Positions 48,408 to 61,700 of a DNA stretch of 64,000 nt are shown here, piece by piece. Numbering within the stretch: position 1 is the stretch's first letter; the number at the start of each line of letters is the position of its first letter. The notes below the pieces were generated by a model, which was given only the letters and a program-made list of their open reading frames with translations, was not told the origin of the DNA and did not search any database. Made by a program: the position numbers and the translations under genes. The stretch is from Laetmonice hystrix (taxonomy: Eukaryota). The stretch spans positions 32,552,001 through 32,616,000 of the forward strand of contig OZ249436.1 in assembly GCA_965235115.1 (NCBI GenBank), read 5' to 3'.

Positions 48408-49584
48408 GAGGCAGCCTTTGTTCTTTGACAGAAATTCTGGTCTGATCCTAACACCGATCTAACAGTCTATCAGTCAGATGTATGATAAATAGGATGAGTA
48501 TGGTTCTTCTGTTTGAAGATTGGGAGTTATATCGCTACTCGGTGTATGTACAGCACACATTTTTTTCAGTATCGATCGCGACGTGATACAAAATACTCTT
48601 TTAAAAGTGCTAAGGAATTTCCAAATTGATAAGTGCTTATTGCTAATCCAAAAAGTTCAGCCCTAAACTCTACTACGATTGATCACCATCAACATGCCAT
48701 TGTCTCACTCAACTGCCGACCTCCCATAAGGTACCTATGCTCACTGTACAGCTTCATTCACTCAGCATCTCAGATAAAAGTAATTGTTTTATACCTTATT
48801 TTTTAATTTAAAAAATGTTTCACAATATTAGAAATTGCTAATCAATTTCGAATTGATTAGCAATTGTCACTAATCAAAATTTTCAAAACAAAATGTGTGC
48901 TGATGTACCCCTTGTAATGTAAGACTGGAAACATTGTTGTACATGTGAAGACATGTAATCAAGTAAGATTTTAGAGAAATTTCAGCGACAGTATGTTGTA
49001 AAAGTTTTGTTACAAAGCACAAGGAATTCACTGCAAAGTTCCAAATGTCCACAAAAACTTGTCTACGAACTTTACAAAGTCTAAACATCGTCAGTTGTAA
49101 TGAAACACAGATGGACTACATGTATGGAGAAAGGAATGTGTTTCTGGATATTGTTTTATTTTGAATGCACCGAATTTTAGGTATTGTATTGATCTGTTAT
49201 TAAATTGGAAGGTGAATTTGTCCAATGAGCAGAAGAGAGCAAGAATGAACATACCAAACTAAAAGTCAAGTAATTTTGATAAGATGTACTGGTATTGTTT
49301 TGTAAATATGAAAATAAATAATGGATTTGTAATCCTCAATGTAATTTCTTCCATTCTTCATTATTTTGGTGGTTATAACTTTGCAATATTACTGCTTTGC
49401 AATATTATTCGCCCAAGCTAGTTTTTTAAAGTCTTATTTTCTTTTTGACGAAGCAAGGAATAAAACCATTTTCATCAGTCGGTGGACTACATTAAACTTT
49501 AAGCTTCCAAAAAGATGCTCTACCGTTGTTAATCTTAAATTGTAAATATATTCTTGTGGATGATATTGAAATCCTAAGCAAATA

Positions 49585-50079
49585 CATTAAAACTTGTATA
49601 AGTCGGACGTGCATATGTCGGATCTTTGCTCATCTCGGACAAAGTTCCGTGGTACGGATGATTTGTAATGTTTTACTATGTGAAAATCTACACACAAGTC
49701 AGATTTTTTAAGTCTAATCTTTGCTCATCTCGGAGAAAATGCTTGACATTTGAGCCAAATTCCCTTGTTTTACCTCGCCTAAGTCGGAGAGGCAGCACAT
49801 TTCGAAGGGGTTTCCCCAGGACGCACAAACTACGGGACTTCCCCGGAAGTTGAACGCTGAGTAAATCACGCTGCTGTGGACCATTCTCTGTTTAGTGTTA
49901 ACTAGACGTTGTTGTTATCCAGTGTTGATCTTGTGCTCAAATAACGTTTGTTTTAATGACTTCCACTACTCATCTACCATAGTTCCTATGAGGATCTGAA
50001 AATGACGATCTTTAGATAAGTCGAATTCTCAGCTAACATCGCTTGGTCCACTTGAATCCGACTTATGCAAGTTTTACTG
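49585..50079. mobile_element. pogo/Tigger-like MITE
   Basis: TA|CATTAAAACTTGTATAAGTCGGA ... TCCGACTTATGCAAGTTTTACTG|TA (21/23 TIR match, TA TSD). Confidence 0.8.
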
Positions 50080-51823
50080 TATATAAAAAGAATTCTTTAA
50101 AAAAAGAGGAAATTCGATCCTTGGAGATCTATGACCAAACAACAAAGAATTTATAGATGAACAGAGTATCATTTATTACAAATAACGACATACTCAACAA
50201 ATCTTTCAACTTGTTGATTCTCAATGGTTTCAAGATGAAATAACTAGGAAAACCTCATACACACTCACTATACTTGAGTAGATAATTACAGGACTTGTAA
50301 TGAATATTCAATGAGGGAACATTATTATGAAATACAAGTACATTGTTTTTTGTACACTCCTCTCCCATTTGTCATTGGGTATGTACGCTTAAATATATGT
50401 TTGGATAGTCATACAATTTCTACGTGATCCATTCAATACACAGCATTTGTGTAACTGTATAGGTATATATAAATCCGATAGTAGGCATATCTTCATACTA
50501 ATTTGAGCCTTTCAGAAGGTTCGATTATTGGTATGGTTAGGTACTTTAGCATACTGACCACAATCACATTGGCTAATGCAGTGCATCTTTGCTTTGGCCT
50601 TTAAACATTGCTTTAGATTAAGGTGGATCCGGCTAGATCAGTAGATGTAGATTCAGTGGGTGGAATTAATGAATTTGCTTGAGCTTATTGGCTATTCAGA
50701 TATTTTTATGTACATATTAGGGGGTTTCTGCATGTAGAGTTCTGGAATTGAGACATAATGCACACGATTGTTAACACCATAACTATGTCATTCCTTATAA
50801 TCATATAAAAATATACCAGTTTTAATACTATGATCTTCAATGCACCATGTATAATTTTTTTTATTTAAAATATAATTTTGATAGGGAAATTCCAGTACCA
50901 CTCTTTCAGTTTCATTAGTATTTTCTGACTAGCTTTCATCCAGTTAGCCTGAAGAGAGAGATGAACACAATTTTCTTCACTCACGATAATATATTCTTAC
51001 ATACCTGAAGATAACTCCACTCTGGGGTATTCTAAATATTCTCCTGCTCTTATAACTTCACCTTTCTTTTAACCATTCATTGCTTGCTATGAGTCCCATG
51101 TATAAGCCACTAGAATTTCGGGGCCAGAGACTACAAAGTAATTCTTTGGCTGCTGACTCTTGGCAGAATTTGGATTCCTTTTCTATCCTTTGCCCATGAA
51201 TTACGAACCTCAGCCTGTGGTGGGGATGTGAATGTTAGTCTTCAGTCTTTTTAGCATAAAAGTGTTAGCAATGCTATGTATACTCAAACAAACGCCCACG
51301 CATCTGGACAAGTGGTTTCTATCTAAGGGGAAGGGGCGTTCGAGGCATTATATTCTAGATAATCTGGGTACCTTATTTGATCTCTGAGCTGAAAATGGGA
51401 GTGGGAAGTGATAAAAGCCAGTTACATAATATAACATACATGTATTATGTTCATGTCTGTATGCGTGTATGTGTGGGTCCGGTGTATGTACGATATTTTT
51501 AGGGGAGAGAGAAGGACTCGATCACCACTGTGCACAGGTGTCCTGTAACCCAGTAAACTTTCAGAATCTTCCGAAAGAGAAATTGTATGGCACCCACCGA
51601 ATAAAACCTTGGCCCCCAAAATACTGCACTCATACGCAGAGCAGGTATCAACGTCCAAGCCATTCAATGTATGGGCGTTTATTCAGAGGTTATTCGGTAT
51701 AATGAATACTGTAAAATCAGTAAATTCATTGATTTGATGAATCAAAAATACTATTTTTTTTCAAAATCTTTGAAGGGTCTGTATTGACCTTCATTCATTA
51801 GCCAGAGTGGAGGACACTATGAA

Positions 51824-53630
51824 CTAGCTGAAGACTGCTCCACAATTTGGACAGTGACGTTGTCTCATTGCTAAGCAGCAGAGTATACCAAGGGGGAAGA
51901 ACAGGATAGCGCAGCAGACACCACAGAGGGTGAAGTCATCTTCTAACACTCCAATCTGAAACAGGGAACATGCCAATATAATATTTACTCAGTTAGGTTG
52001 TTAAAGTGAACATACTGAATGTCAAATGCCAAATAATGGGAAATTAAGCAGAACTAATTTCATGCCATTATCCAAGGAAAGACAGCCTCAGAGCTTTTGG
52101 GATATTTATTATAAACGTCATGAACAAACAATACGATCATATTTTAAATATCTTCATGTGAAATGTTAGAAACTTCCAAGTTTTGGTTGTAATTGACATT
52201 AACGGCTACGATTCTCAATACTCACCCGACAGGCTGGACACCCTCCAACAACAACAACAGACGGTTGGTGTTGTACGGTGATTGTTGTGCCAAGGTAAGA
52301 CGGCTGCTGTCCCATCACAGGCTGGTATCCAGGGGGCCCCTGATACACTCCTGGTGCTGCTCCACTTTGATAACCCCCTGAAAAATTCATCACTCTCTAA
52401 CATTAGATTCAGACTAATGTTGTCTCAGGTACATTCAATAATATTCCTCCATATACCAGCACCTATAATATCAAATACAGCATAAGATGAAAACTTATTA
52501 ACAAAATAGAAAAAAAGGCAGAAAAGACTTGGGGACATTTTATGATAACTATCATATTTATTTAAACGACTGTGGACTGAAACAAGTATGATTTTACCAC
52601 TTGATTTAGCTGAAAGTGGTGAAAATTTGGACACACTGACAGATTCTAATCACATGCAGCTTGAACCTAAGTGATTCCTAAAGTAACAGCTGTAAAACCA
52701 TTTGCAGTGTTGAATGAAATCCCATCCAGATCTTCCTCATAATATCATAATACAAGACCCTGACACAGCCACCAACTGGGTAGGGACTACTATACCTGGG
52801 GCAGGGTTTCATACGGGGGAGGGGGGGGGGGAAATGGGGGATAAATCCCCTGCATAACTTGGGAAAGGGGGATATATCTCCCCATCAACCTGCAGAGCAA
52901 CTTTTTTCTGTCGGGAAGTATGAAAGGCAACTAAGCAGGAAAGCGTCTATGTATAAAATGTTATCAATCCTCCCTTATGATGTTCAATGTTGAGTTGGAA
53001 GTACTGCAGGGTAATGTTCTGTGTGAAAAATGATGGAATTTCGTTGATAGATTTGGGCGAGTTTTTGCTCTGAGATGCTCAGAAAACATATCTCCTGAAA
53101 AAAATTCTGGGGGAGGGTGCCCAAAGGGAAAGAGTGCCAAATGAAACTTACTAGCCTTCGTTTACAGCGAGAGTAAAAAAATCTTTTTGAACTGTATCCC
53201 CCTCAAATAGTCTGATCATTGCTTTTCAGGGAAATTTTACGCAATATGACCCATTCACTTCTTAGAAATCACCATGGATGGATGGAGGAATGCGGTATTG
53301 ATGGAGATAAAATCAGACGGTTTTTGGAATCATGGTTCTGCAAGCAGTAATGTATATAAGTTCCTTTTTGAGACCTTCTTCATCTCTATCTGTATGTCCG
53401 GCATATTTGTATGATTTGAAATAAACCATACCTGCATATGGTTGTTGGTATTGTTCTGGTTTGTATGCACCAGCTGGCGGTTGACCGTAGGCTCCCCCTT
53501 GGGTCCCATAGGTGGCGCCACTAGAGCCTGCCTGATTCATGAGGCCACCTGCAGCCCCAGCAGGAGGTGGGGCCGCAGTGGCTTCCATGTATGTTGGGGG
53601 CTTGTCTTCTCCACTGACTGGTTCAGCCAT
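51824..53630 (-). CDS. BRI3: Brain protein I3 / membrane protein BRI3; exons 53630-53432, 52377-52226, 51955-51824
   Basis: Pro/Gly/Tyr-rich N-terminus with PPTY, then VVVVGGCPACR|IGVLEDDFTLCGVCCAILFFPLGILCCLAMRQRHCPNCGAVFS*. Confidence 0.93.
52802..53110 (+). repeat. Dispersed repeat family B, copy 2 (BRI3 intron)
   Basis: Homologous to 28047-28430. Confidence 0.85.
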
Positions 53631-54429
53631 CAGAAGGAAAACTATGTATCCTGCAAATACAAAGTGGAATCATTTTACCGTCTTCTTCATATTATATCAA
53701 TATCATATCAGTTCTACATTATATTACACTTTACAGTGGAGTAGGCTATCTCTCCTGCAGAATGGACCAGAAACACAGGTGTGGAATTAGGGGTTATTTC
53801 CCCCATGGGCAAGGGTTCGGGTTATAAGGTGAGGGATAGGGATAGGATAGGGATATGTTTTTGGGAGGTGTAGGGACCGGGGTTAGGATTTCTTTGGACC
53901 TGACAATTTGTCACAGACAATTCAATGATGTTCAGGGATGTTCATGGGCTGATCCAGGAATTTTTTTAGGAGGCTAACCGTCGGGCAAAAACATATTATT
54001 CGGTTTTTAGGCCTAAAATATATGATAAATATGATCATAGTTGGTTGATAAAAATAACATCGTTTTTTTTTGGGGGGGGGGGGCGGGGGCTGAGCCCCCT
54101 TAGACCCCATGGATCTGCCACTTTTTGTTTCTGCCTTTACTTTTAAAGTTTTAGTAATTACTAACTAGGCCTAAGACTAAGACTAGATCTAAGTCTACCA
54201 AGAATAAGTCTATTATAAGACTAGATCTAAGTCTAAGTCTCATCTACCCAGTCTGACGACGAATAAAAGAAGAAAAACAAAAGAAAAAGCAGAGCCTCGC
54301 AGTCAAACGTTAGGCTTAGGGCTGGGTGCCCTCGGCACTTCCAGTAGTAAAGGAGGCCCACTGCGTTAGGCCTTCTCGGGGGTAGGGTTACTTGGCCTAA
54401 CTAGTCTACACTAACATTACACTTTGACT

Positions 54430-55020
54430 TACCGGGTACAGTGTAAGGTTAGCCCGGTTTAGGGCAAGGCTAAACCGTGAACGTTCGGTTTTTGAGGCGA
54501 GCGCCGAGCCCGAGGCTGAGCCCCATTTTGACAGCTGTCAAAAAAGCGTGTTCTCCGACAGAAAAAACACAACTATGAGACGTAAATACTAACACTGATA
54601 TAGGCTGTTGAATGTACCCCCTTGTCTCTTAAAACATCAGATCTTTCTGTAGGTGAAGTGTAAAACGTTGACAACTGCCGAGGTCCTAAGTGTTTACCGT
54701 CCCAGAGATCACGTCATGATGGTCTTGTGATTCTTTGTCAGTTGGATCCGACGATTTGTTTCGTAACGTGTATTGCAGGCGATTAGGTTTATTTCTCAAT
54801 TGATTTAAAAAGCTAATTTTGTTACGAAAATAGAACTGTATCTGCCAAATGAAATTAGTTACAAAAAGGGAGGGCGGCGTAAGAGAAACTAAGGTCATAA
54901 CCTGATGGCTGAACGAAGCAGACAGCGCCACCTTCCGTAAGGTGGAAGACCTAGCACTGCAGAGCAAGTGCTCGTTTTTCTCGTCATGTCAACTTGCGTA
55001 GAATCCTGTCACCATGGGTA
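54430..55020. promoter_or_regulatory. Putative bidirectional promoter and non-coding first exons of BRI3 (-) and TECPR1 (+)
   Basis: CpG-containing island between the divergent genes. Minus-strand donor CCG|GTAAGT at ~54432. Both genes have acceptor sites just upstream of their ATGs. Confidence 0.55.
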
Positions 55021-55285
55021 GAGTGTGTAAGCTAATGTTACTTTCATAATAGTGAAGATGTGATTGAACGGGTGTCTGTAACCTTGTTTAGGGTATGTAG
55101 AACATTCTGCAGCTAAATACCCGTGACTGGCCTTAGCAGGCTTCAACGTTACAGGCTCATTCCATTTCCACTTGTCTATGCTTCTTGTATTTCCAGTTCA
55201 TTCATTCTGTCTTTTGCCAAGTGCCCTTGCCCTTGAGTCTGATCCACACACACTGACGGATTGGTGTTCTAACTCAGTCATACTG

Positions 55286-55472
55286 CAGTGGTGTATCCGG
55301 GGGTGGGGAGTGAGGTCTGACGCAGCCCCTCTGGCGTCAATTTTTTCCCCAGAGTTTTTACTCTGTTAACCGTATTGGACGTACCCCCCCCCCCCCCCCC
55401 CCCCCGGCTTGCAAAATTCCCCTAATGCCAGTCATGGACCCCCCCCCTTCCAAATTCCTGGATCCGCCCCTG
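55286..55472. mobile_element. G/C-tract MITE with 5-bp flanking direct repeat
   Basis: CAGTGGTGTATCC ... GGATCCGCCCCTG flanked by TACTG (55281-55285, 55473-55477). Confidence 0.65.
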
Positions 55473-55725
55473 TACTGTCTCATACTGTCATAGAGAAATA
55501 TGTTTGTATTAATTTTCTCATAAATTTTATTTTTATGTCTGCTTGAAGTGCTTCTATAAATGTTTGAGTCTTGTTTTTTTCTATTCAATAATTCATACTC
55601 AGACAAATATTTATGCTTATAATCATATGGAACTACTAAATTACCAACCTAAACTGGCCGTTTTGATTGTTATATTTTCAGAATGTAGGCCCATAGCTTG
55701 ATTAGGTTATTACCTGGCATTCAAC

Positions 55726-58700
55726 ATGCCTGGTGCCAAGCTTTGGGCCATAAGTGGCCGAGGTAATGTCTACACATTATCCACCAAAGGTCGGCGTTGG
55801 TGTCAGGTACCCAATCAGTCACGTTCATTACGTGGATTCAAGAAGGTATCGGCAGGCATAGAGAGTGTCTGGGGGTTAGGATGTGACCACCAAGTCTATG
55901 TGTTTGTACCTGGCTCTGATCTACCCATTCGATGCCAAGAAGCAACCTATGAGAACGAGGTACCGTAGTATTTAAGTCCAACTTAAATTTCATAAGTATG
56001 AAGTCATGTTAAAAGCTGGATGTAATTCTTGTGAAAAAAGTGCAAGTAATTCAAGGTAATTGATATAGAATATTTGAAAAGGCCAGCCTTTATTTGTACT
56101 AGATGTGTCAATTATTCTGTGACTTCCTAATGCTATATAATTAATTATTCCAGTTGAGAGAAAATCTATTAATTAGATTTGACATATACAATGTATTGCT
56201 TTCAGTGGGTCAGTTATATTGAAAATGTATCCATGGGGGCTATTCTGAAGAAAAGAATTTATATGCACATTTTTCTATATGCAGTTGTAATGGATAAAAT
56301 GGATAATGGGACGTTGTTTGTTTATGGTCTATCGACTCTATGGTCTGTTTTATCAGAGGTGGATCCCATCAAGGGGATGGTCCAGTCATAACCTGCTTCC
56401 AGTGGATCCATGGCAATGGAGCAGTGAGGATGGCCTCCGACACCTCCCAAAGGAGGACTTCACGTTACCCTCGGATCACTGGCAATGGGAGAGTGACTGG
56501 TATGTCGATGAAAACGTTGGGGGCTACCTGACTGACAAAGGGGTAAGTGTTGATAAGGGCTTCTGGCAAAGGATAGGTGACTCAAGATTCAAGGTTATCT
56601 TTCATATTATTACTCTTAAACTATTAAAGGCTATAAAAATATTGAGTGTTTTTTAAGGTGTTGTACAAAAACAGACTACCTCTTGTAGATTGAAGTTAAT
56701 ATTAAAATCTTGTTTTCCTACCCAGGGCTGGCGTTATGCTACAATGGACTTCCATCATGACTTTACACACCAGAAAAAGCTCAAGTCATGTGTCCGGAGG
56801 AGACGCTGGATCCGATATCGTCGATATGTGGCCACAGAACGATGGGGCAGGGTGAGTCAGAATGTGGTTTATTGGCAGATTGCCAGATTTCACATGATTC
56901 ACCTGGTCAGGAGCATCAACTTTGACAATAATTTCTTTTTCTTTTTCAATCTTATGCCAAAGTAACATGGTTCCTATGGGTCAGGGAAGCCATGAAAAGG
57001 TCTGTAATTTTATATTGGGACCTCCCGGGCTGGGAAAAGTCCCCTGGGGCCTGTCTTACTAAGGCTGGTTAATAACCAGATCGTTACATTAACATTTGAG
57101 CGAATGGAAGTTTGCTGAATACAGCCACCATTCACTGCTATGTTAACTAACTTAACGATCTGGTTATTAACCAGTCTTAGTAAGCAGGCCCCAGGAATTT
57201 TATAAATATGTGCTCAAGTCTGGGAAAAGTCCAGAAATTTGACAAACAGACTCAGATTCTAGGTGGCTGATTCACAGTCAGGGTATCGTTCTTTAATCAT
57301 CGTCGATATTCCATACTAAGAAAAACAGAAGGAGACCTGAACATGGTCCTGGAGAAAATGATAAAGATCAGAAAAAGTTCAGGAATTTTGGAAAACTGAT
57401 ACTGTGGGAACCGTGAAAGTAAATAATACCCCCCTTGAATTTCCAGAAAAATTCATAACATTCATATCTTTTTCCCTTTTTCTGATGACTTAAGAGAAAG
57501 TTGTGAAATGTGGACTTTTTTATGATGGTTTTATATATTATTACTACTACTTTCTTGCTCTCTGTTTAGGTTCCCAGCTTACATGTTGACCCTCTTGAAG
57601 AACCGACAGTTGATGTGGCTATTGGGGGCCATGATCTCATAAACCAGGCTGAGGGGTATGTCAGTGCTTGGGTGGTCACCATTAATGGCAGGGTAAGCAA
57701 GCTCTTACCTGAGAATAGGAACACCAGACTACCTCAAACCAGTGAACAATCAACCTGTCATATGGATGCTGTATAGAAAGTTTACATCTCATAGAATAGA
57801 GACTTGTTATGCAGTTACGTTTTGGTATGTGTACAAAATGTCAAACATTGTGCTCCTGCATGTAAGGCATGGATAACCTTGGGGGGGGGGGAGGGGGGGG
57901 GGAGGGGGGGGGAGGGGGGGGGGCAAGTGCATCTTTTACTCTGGACCAACCTACTCAGTAGTCTGTCAGACCTGGCATTGTATGTAATGACTATATTTAC
58001 TGAATATATAGGAAGATCAGTTCCAGATTCCCTAAGCTAATATTTGGCTGTTTTCTGTCTCTCTCTGACAGCTGTTGTACCGGTCAGGTGTATGTAGGAA
58101 CTGTCCAGAGGGGTCCAGCTGGGAGGTCGTACGGACAGCCGAGGGTTGGGAAGTCCTCAGTGTCTGCGTTGGACCGTCTGGTCTCCTTTGGGCTGTGACA
58201 TGGTCTGGTACAGCTATTGTACGTCTGGGCTTATCATGGCAAAAACTTATGGGTGAGTTGGCTTTTAATTCTGATGTAAGGTAAATGATATAGATAAAGT
58301 GCATATGAAATTTTGTAGTCACTGAAGTTAGCAAGTAGTATATGGAAACGGTTATTAGAATCAGCAGTTATTTGGTAAGACAGGATTCCATTTTCATTAA
58401 TTACATCAATATTTTCGATCAGGACAAGGTGAAGAAAGTTTGAGAAATATCTGAGATATTTGGACCGCTTGTGTTCTCTAGGTGTATCATGGGCTGAGGT
58501 AGAGCCGCCAGAGGAGGAGGACAAATTGGTTCAGGTGGCAGTTGGGCAGAACGCCGTGTGGGCTACAACAGTCAGTGGGAAGGTAAGGGCGGATGCTGCC
58601 AATATACAAGCTCTAAATGTTACTGGATTTTCATGTTTATGACGTGAAAACATGATGATTTAGTCAGTAGAGTTGTTGAAGTGAAATGTACCTCAAGTTT

Positions 58701-61700
58701 TTGTGTTTTTGTAGGTATGGTTTCGGAAGGGAGTGAACTGTTGTAAGGCAGCAGTAGATACTGATGCAGCTACTGGTACAGGCTGGGTCGCCATGATACA
58801 TAGGATGAGGCTGGTGACAATCGGACCGGGAGATCAGGTAGGACATGAATAGTTGATCATGTATTGTTCTTACCCTGTCATTTGTTAAAGTCTTGTAAGT
58901 GCTGATCCTAAATGGTTGTAGTTTGTGTGAACCCTGCCAATGGCTTTGTAGAGCTATAATTAAAGCCTTGATTACGTGTACATTTTTCAAGCTCTGTCTC
59001 AAAGAGGCCATCTGGATAAGCTTCATGAAGATTGATCTGATTTTTGATGAAATAAAGGATGTTGTTCTTGAAGACTTACGATACTCATGGTCTTTGAATA
59101 AATTATTTTATGATCTACATTAGGTTTGGGGAATAGACTATGATGACCGACAGATCTATTTTCGTACGGGGATCTCTACAGAAGAGCAGACTGGCAAAAA
59201 CTGGCGCCATGTTGAGCTCCCTTACTGCTGCTACTATGGTGCCAGTACAAGGAAACGGACTCGATCCACATCATCAAGGACTTCCCGAAATAGCTTGGTG
59301 TCTCCATCAGCTCAGGATGCACCAGCAGATGGAGGTGTTAGAATGTCAGAAGGGGTTGGTGGTGACCCTGTTACTGCTGACCAAAAAAGTGGTCAGGACC
59401 CCCAGGAGGAGGAGAAGGAGGACTACGCTCCGCCAGGTTTGGATGTGAGAGTAGTGCCTGATGAGACGATAGGGAATGGGTTTCATGGTTGTTTGGAGGC
59501 GAGCACTGCTGTCTATGGGTACACGTGGGGGACAGCGCTGGAATCTGCTGACCCTGCTGAGAGCAGGGACGCTCAGCCTGGCATTGATGTAGATGTAGAT
59601 GAGGGGAAGAATGTAGGGGTGGAGCATGGAGCCTCTGCGGAGCGGCCTACTTCTGGGCTGGACCTGGGGGCTACTGCAACCACAGTAGAGGGCTCTGAGG
59701 TGGCTGGTGGCGGTGGAGAGAAAACTCCGACCAACATGGACTCGCCTACTGCACAATACGAGGCTGTCATGGCTGCCATGGCTGCTCTGAAAAAATCAAA
59801 GAGCTTACAGCAGATTAAGTCACTCATCAAGAAAAAAACAGACCAGATTGTTGAACGTATCTCACCAGAGAATCATTCACCATCCGGTGCCTTGCCACGT
59901 GACATCACTGTTACATTCAAAATGGGGTCAGAAAATGTGAATCTCATGGAATCCAGTATGACGTCACTCCCACGTGGGATCATGGAAACCAGTATTACGT
60001 CCTTGCCGCGGAGTGCAAGTGACCTTAGCACCGAGAGCTCCTTTGCATGGTCTGAGTTTGGGTCAGTTTGTGGCTGGGACCCCACAGGACGGGGAATGGC
60101 TGACACGGATGACCTTGAGGAAGAGGACCTGGATGATGATAACGAAGAAAGCCTTGAAGTGTTTGACGAGGGAGACATCCACTGGGTGTGGGTGTCACCA
60201 GCTGCCTGCCCCATCAAGGACGAGGCCGAGGTGCGACACTGGCTGGCTGCGGAAGCAGGGTCCAACAGAAGCAGCTCCATATTCTACCAACGACAGTTCA
60301 CATCCGGCACGTGGCGTAATACCATACTGGCCTCCCTGAGGGGACGTAACAAAACACAGCATGACCCCTTCAGGCATTACCCACTAGCCATTGAGAGGGT
60401 TAGTTATGAGTCTCTTTAATTCACATTGCTAGTGTCATATCGTCATGTTACTTTAGAAATTTCATTATTATGTAGCACTTTCCAATCATTAGGATAGAAT
60501 CAATGTTAGTGTTACCCTCATAATAAAAAAATGATGTAAGAAGTCCAGATGTATAGTCTCTGATATAAGTGTTTGGAGTATTTTGATGTTGTTGACTTGT
60601 TATGTAATACAGGTAAACAGATCTAGAAGTGTATAGTGAAGAACCATGTTGATTAGTGTGTTGATTGGTGTCGCAGGCCTGCTGGAGTAAGAAGGGCCAG
60701 CTGTTATGGTGGCAGGATGTGACACGAGGCTCCAGATGGGTCTCGTGTCAGGTGGAGCTGACACAAGATGTCGACGGCACAATGGACGGGAGCTTTGTAC
60801 TTCAGTATGAGGTGCACGCACAGCAAAAAGTGAGAGTTCAACTTTTACCTCCATCTTCTAGTTGATTTATGGCAAGACGTAGTTTTTAAAAGGCTATGAT
60901 CTTTACTGAAGGCTTCTGATTGGCTGTTTACATGTGACCAGCTGTTTGAACATGATGTTTGAACATGCTGTTTGAACATGCTGTATGAAAGTTATGTATA
61001 TTAGTTAATGTCAAAGATGCTGGCACTGAAGTAATAGCCTTAAAAAGTCAGAATGTTATATGTGTGCGTGTTTTTCAGTTCAAATAGATCAGTTTGCATG
61101 ATGTGCTGTGCATGTTTTTCCGTTCCAACAGATCAGCAAGAGAAACATGCGGTACATATTTTTCATGCTGTGTATGTTTTTCAGTTCCAACAGATCAGCC
61201 TGAGTGATGTGCTGTGCGTGTGCTCCATCGCAGACCCAGGTCCTCTGCCAGCCTTTGTCATCCACACCACATCAAGAATCACGACAGTACCACGTGCACA
61301 GCCAGTCAAGATGGTTGCCCACCGCGAGGAAGAAATGGAGGACTGGGTACGTAACTGAAAACCCAGCAAGATTTTATTCCATGTTTCTATAAGTTGAGCT
61401 TCGTGTGAAACCAGAGGGGATTAAAATAATAGCAAACTTGCCAACCCTTCTGCATTCTATGGAATCTTTCCGCATTTGAATGTTGTATTCCGGACTTTGT
61501 ATTCTTCTCAAAATATTACGGAATCATGCAATTTACCAAAAAGTAAACATTCACCCTCAGTGGACGCTAAATTTCCCGTTCAAAGTACATATTCACCAGC
61601 AATATGTCACCACCATTCGTGTCATCTTGGGGGAACATGTAAGTTTGGTCTGGCAAGGAGAGAGAAAAAGAGTGTGAAAGATCCAGATTGACAGACGAAT

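Noticed and set aside
59346..60339. Several overlapping ORFs (59346-59756, 59573-59830, 59873-60280, 59974-60339)
   Set aside because: Antisense or alternative-frame shadows of the GC-rich TECPR1 exon.
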